Assembly: GCA_963715015.1 (NCBI GenBank)
Contig: CAVQQR010000011.1
Span: forward strand, 32,846 to 96,845
DNA from: an uncultured Flavobacteriaceae bacterium
Lineage (GTDB): Bacteria; Bacteroidota; Bacteroidia; Flavobacteriales; Flavobacteriaceae
Reading direction: 5' to 3'
Length of the DNA stretch: 64,000 bases
The notes beneath the pieces are model-generated. The model was not told the origin of the DNA, made no database searches, and saw only the letters and a list, made by a program, of their open reading frames with translations. How positions within the stretch are numbered: position 1 is the stretch's first letter; each line of letters begins with the position of its first letter. Positions 62,516 to 64,000 of this stretch are shown here, piece by piece. Both the position numbers and the translations under genes were made by a program.

Positions 62516-63910
62516 TTATATAGAAGAGCCTAACGCATTGTATAACTTAGCTTTACTTGTATAATATTGATTTAAAATGGCTATTCCTTTTAATTTTGCA
62601 TCAATCAATTTTGACTCCCTGCTATTCACCAAAAAAAGTGAGCTTTCACCAATGCCAAACTTTCGTTCTTCTGCACGAAAGAGCGTTTCGTAATCCAAAA
62701 TCATGTTTTGCGTAATGTTATCTTGAATGGCATATGATTCAATTTCTTTTTGGATCATTTGAATTTTGTTCTTCAATGTCACTTCTGTATTCATGATGTC
62801 CAATTCCGCACTTTGCAATTTTAATTTAGCCAACTTTAGGTCGCCTCGTTCTTTCCTTATAAACAAAGGGAAGCTCACATAAAACCCGGCTTTATAATTG
62901 TTTTCATTGAATGAATTGATTTGATCATAGGTTTCTGATAAAAAATTGTAGTCAACATTAACGATGGGAAATAATTTATTGACTTTGAGGTTTTTATCCA
63001 CTTTAAGACTTTCATATTTATAATTTAATGATCTTATTTTTGGATGATTATCTATCAGTTCCTCATCGGCAATCAGTTCTGACAAATTTAGGGCCATGTC
63101 GATTTTTTCCGGCGTAAGTATATCAGGAGTAATATCTTCTTTGACTTCTATGGGCAAATCGTCTGAAAGCCATAGAAAATTTGACAGGTCAAAAGTAGCT
63201 TTGGTAAAGGCAAGCTTTGATTTTTCCAGATTGAGAGCCCGATCTTGTACGGTGATTCCCGCCTCCAAGGTATCTATCGCCGGATTTTCACCTGTTTCAA
63301 AATTTCTTTTTACACCATTAAATCTAAATACGGCATTTTGATAAAAATCTTCAAACACCAATTTTTCATTATAGGCCTTTAACCAGTCAAAATAAACCAG
63401 AGTGGCATCATAAAGGATCTGGTTAACCATTAACTGCTGATCCTGAAGTGCTTGTTCTTCAAACAATTTAGCTTGCTTTAAGGTAGCCATTCTTTTATTG
63501 ATCCATAAATTTTGAGCTAATGAAACAGAAACACCAACACTGTACAAACCATCATCCGGCGTAAAACTTTCAGGATTGAGATATGCTCCGGAATTATCTT
63601 CGTAATTACCCTTTAATTCAATTCCATACCAAGTAGGTATTTTGAATGTAGCGTTTAATTTGTCGTAGTATTCAGATCCTTTAAACTCTTTGGTTGCATA
63701 ATCCACTTCTAATTTAGGATCAAAAGCACCTCTGGCCTTCATCAGTTTAGCCTCGCTTTCATCAACTACTAAATTCACCTGTCTCACAATGGGGTGAAAG
63801 GATTTTACAAAACCCAGGTATTCTTCCAAACTGAGCACAGACAGGCTGTTTTCCTGAGAAAAAAGCATCTTTGTTATCAGCAAAAAAGCAATGATTAATT
63901 TACTTTTCAT
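62516..63910 (-). CDS. TolC-family outer-membrane protein
   Basis: HPIVRQ, ARGAFDP and FGIGESSLFLVNSRE. Start reassigned to MKSKL at 63910. Confidence 0.88.
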   Translation of the reverse strand: MKSKLIIAFLLITKMLFSQENSLSVLSLEEYLGFVKSFHPIVRQVNLVVDESEAKLMKARGAFDPKLEVDYATKEFKGSEYYDKLNATFKIPTWYGIELKGNYEDNSGAYLNPESFTPDDGLYSVGVSVSLAQNLWINKRMATLKQAKLFEEQALQDQQLMVNQILYDATLVYFDWLKAYNEKLVFEDFYQNAVFRFNGVKRNFETGENPAIDTLEAGITVQDRALNLEKSKLAFTKATFDLSNFLWLSDDLPIEVKEDITPDILTPEKIDMALNLSELIADEELIDNHPKIRSLNYKYESLKVDKNLKVNKLFPIVNVDYNFLSETYDQINSFNENNYKAGFYVSFPLFIRKERGDLKLAKLKLQSAELDIMNTEVTLKNKIQMIQKEIESYAIQDNITQNMILDYETLFRAEERKFGIGESSLFLVNSRESKLIDAKLKGIAILNQYYTSKAKLYNALGSSI

Positions 63911-63911
63911 T

Positions 63912-64000
63912 TTACTTCTTTTTTTCATCTGACCCATTATCACTGGTAGGTTTATAGAAATCAGGAGGGAAACCATTTAGTTTTCGCCACATTTCAAACC
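63912..64000 (-). CDS. 3' end of a HlyD-family secretion adaptor (partial)
   Basis: Manual translation FEMWRKLNGFPPDFYKPTSDNGSDEKKK*. The stop lies 1 nt before the tolC ATG, and WRxLNGFPP is typical of flavobacterial HlyD C-termini. Confidence 0.65.
   Translation of the reverse strand, partial: FEMWRKLNGFPPDFYKPTSDNGSDEKKK

Overview
AT-rich chromosomal window from a Bacteroidota bacterium, most likely Flavobacteriaceae. The evidence is TAnnTTTG promoters, T9SS genes, a divergent clpC/gyrA pair and a CusA-TolC fusion. Most of it is housekeeping or envelope genes: clpC (partial), gyrA, rmuC, gcvT, thrABC with an unannotated leader-peptide attenuator, prfC, idi, queD, kdsB, oxyR/dps, peptidases, two MscS channels, a heavy-metal RND pump, and a T9SS cargo with its PorP/SprF partner. 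The most unusual structure is non-coding. Directly downstream of a tRNA-Ser/Pro/Arg operon (minus strand) lies an array of about 4.6 copies of a 121-124 bp unit with several hairpins (28946-29508). It has no unique spacers and no conserved ORF. It is bracketed by an exact 17-bp duplication of the tRNA-Arg 3' end and by two terminator-like hairpins, and no integrase, Cas or RT gene is present in the window. Other candidates worth follow-up are a DcaP-like porin beside an octaheme cytochrome/TPR lipoprotein, a putative leaderless metal-sensing uORF ending in QPP before cusA, an ATP-cone/PD-(D/E)XK nuclease fusion, and a DUF4242-AraC/atypical truncated globin/FAD oxidase cluster. Two genes carry single-base frameshifts that may be sequencing errors. 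All family assignments come from motif recognition by eye, not database searches.
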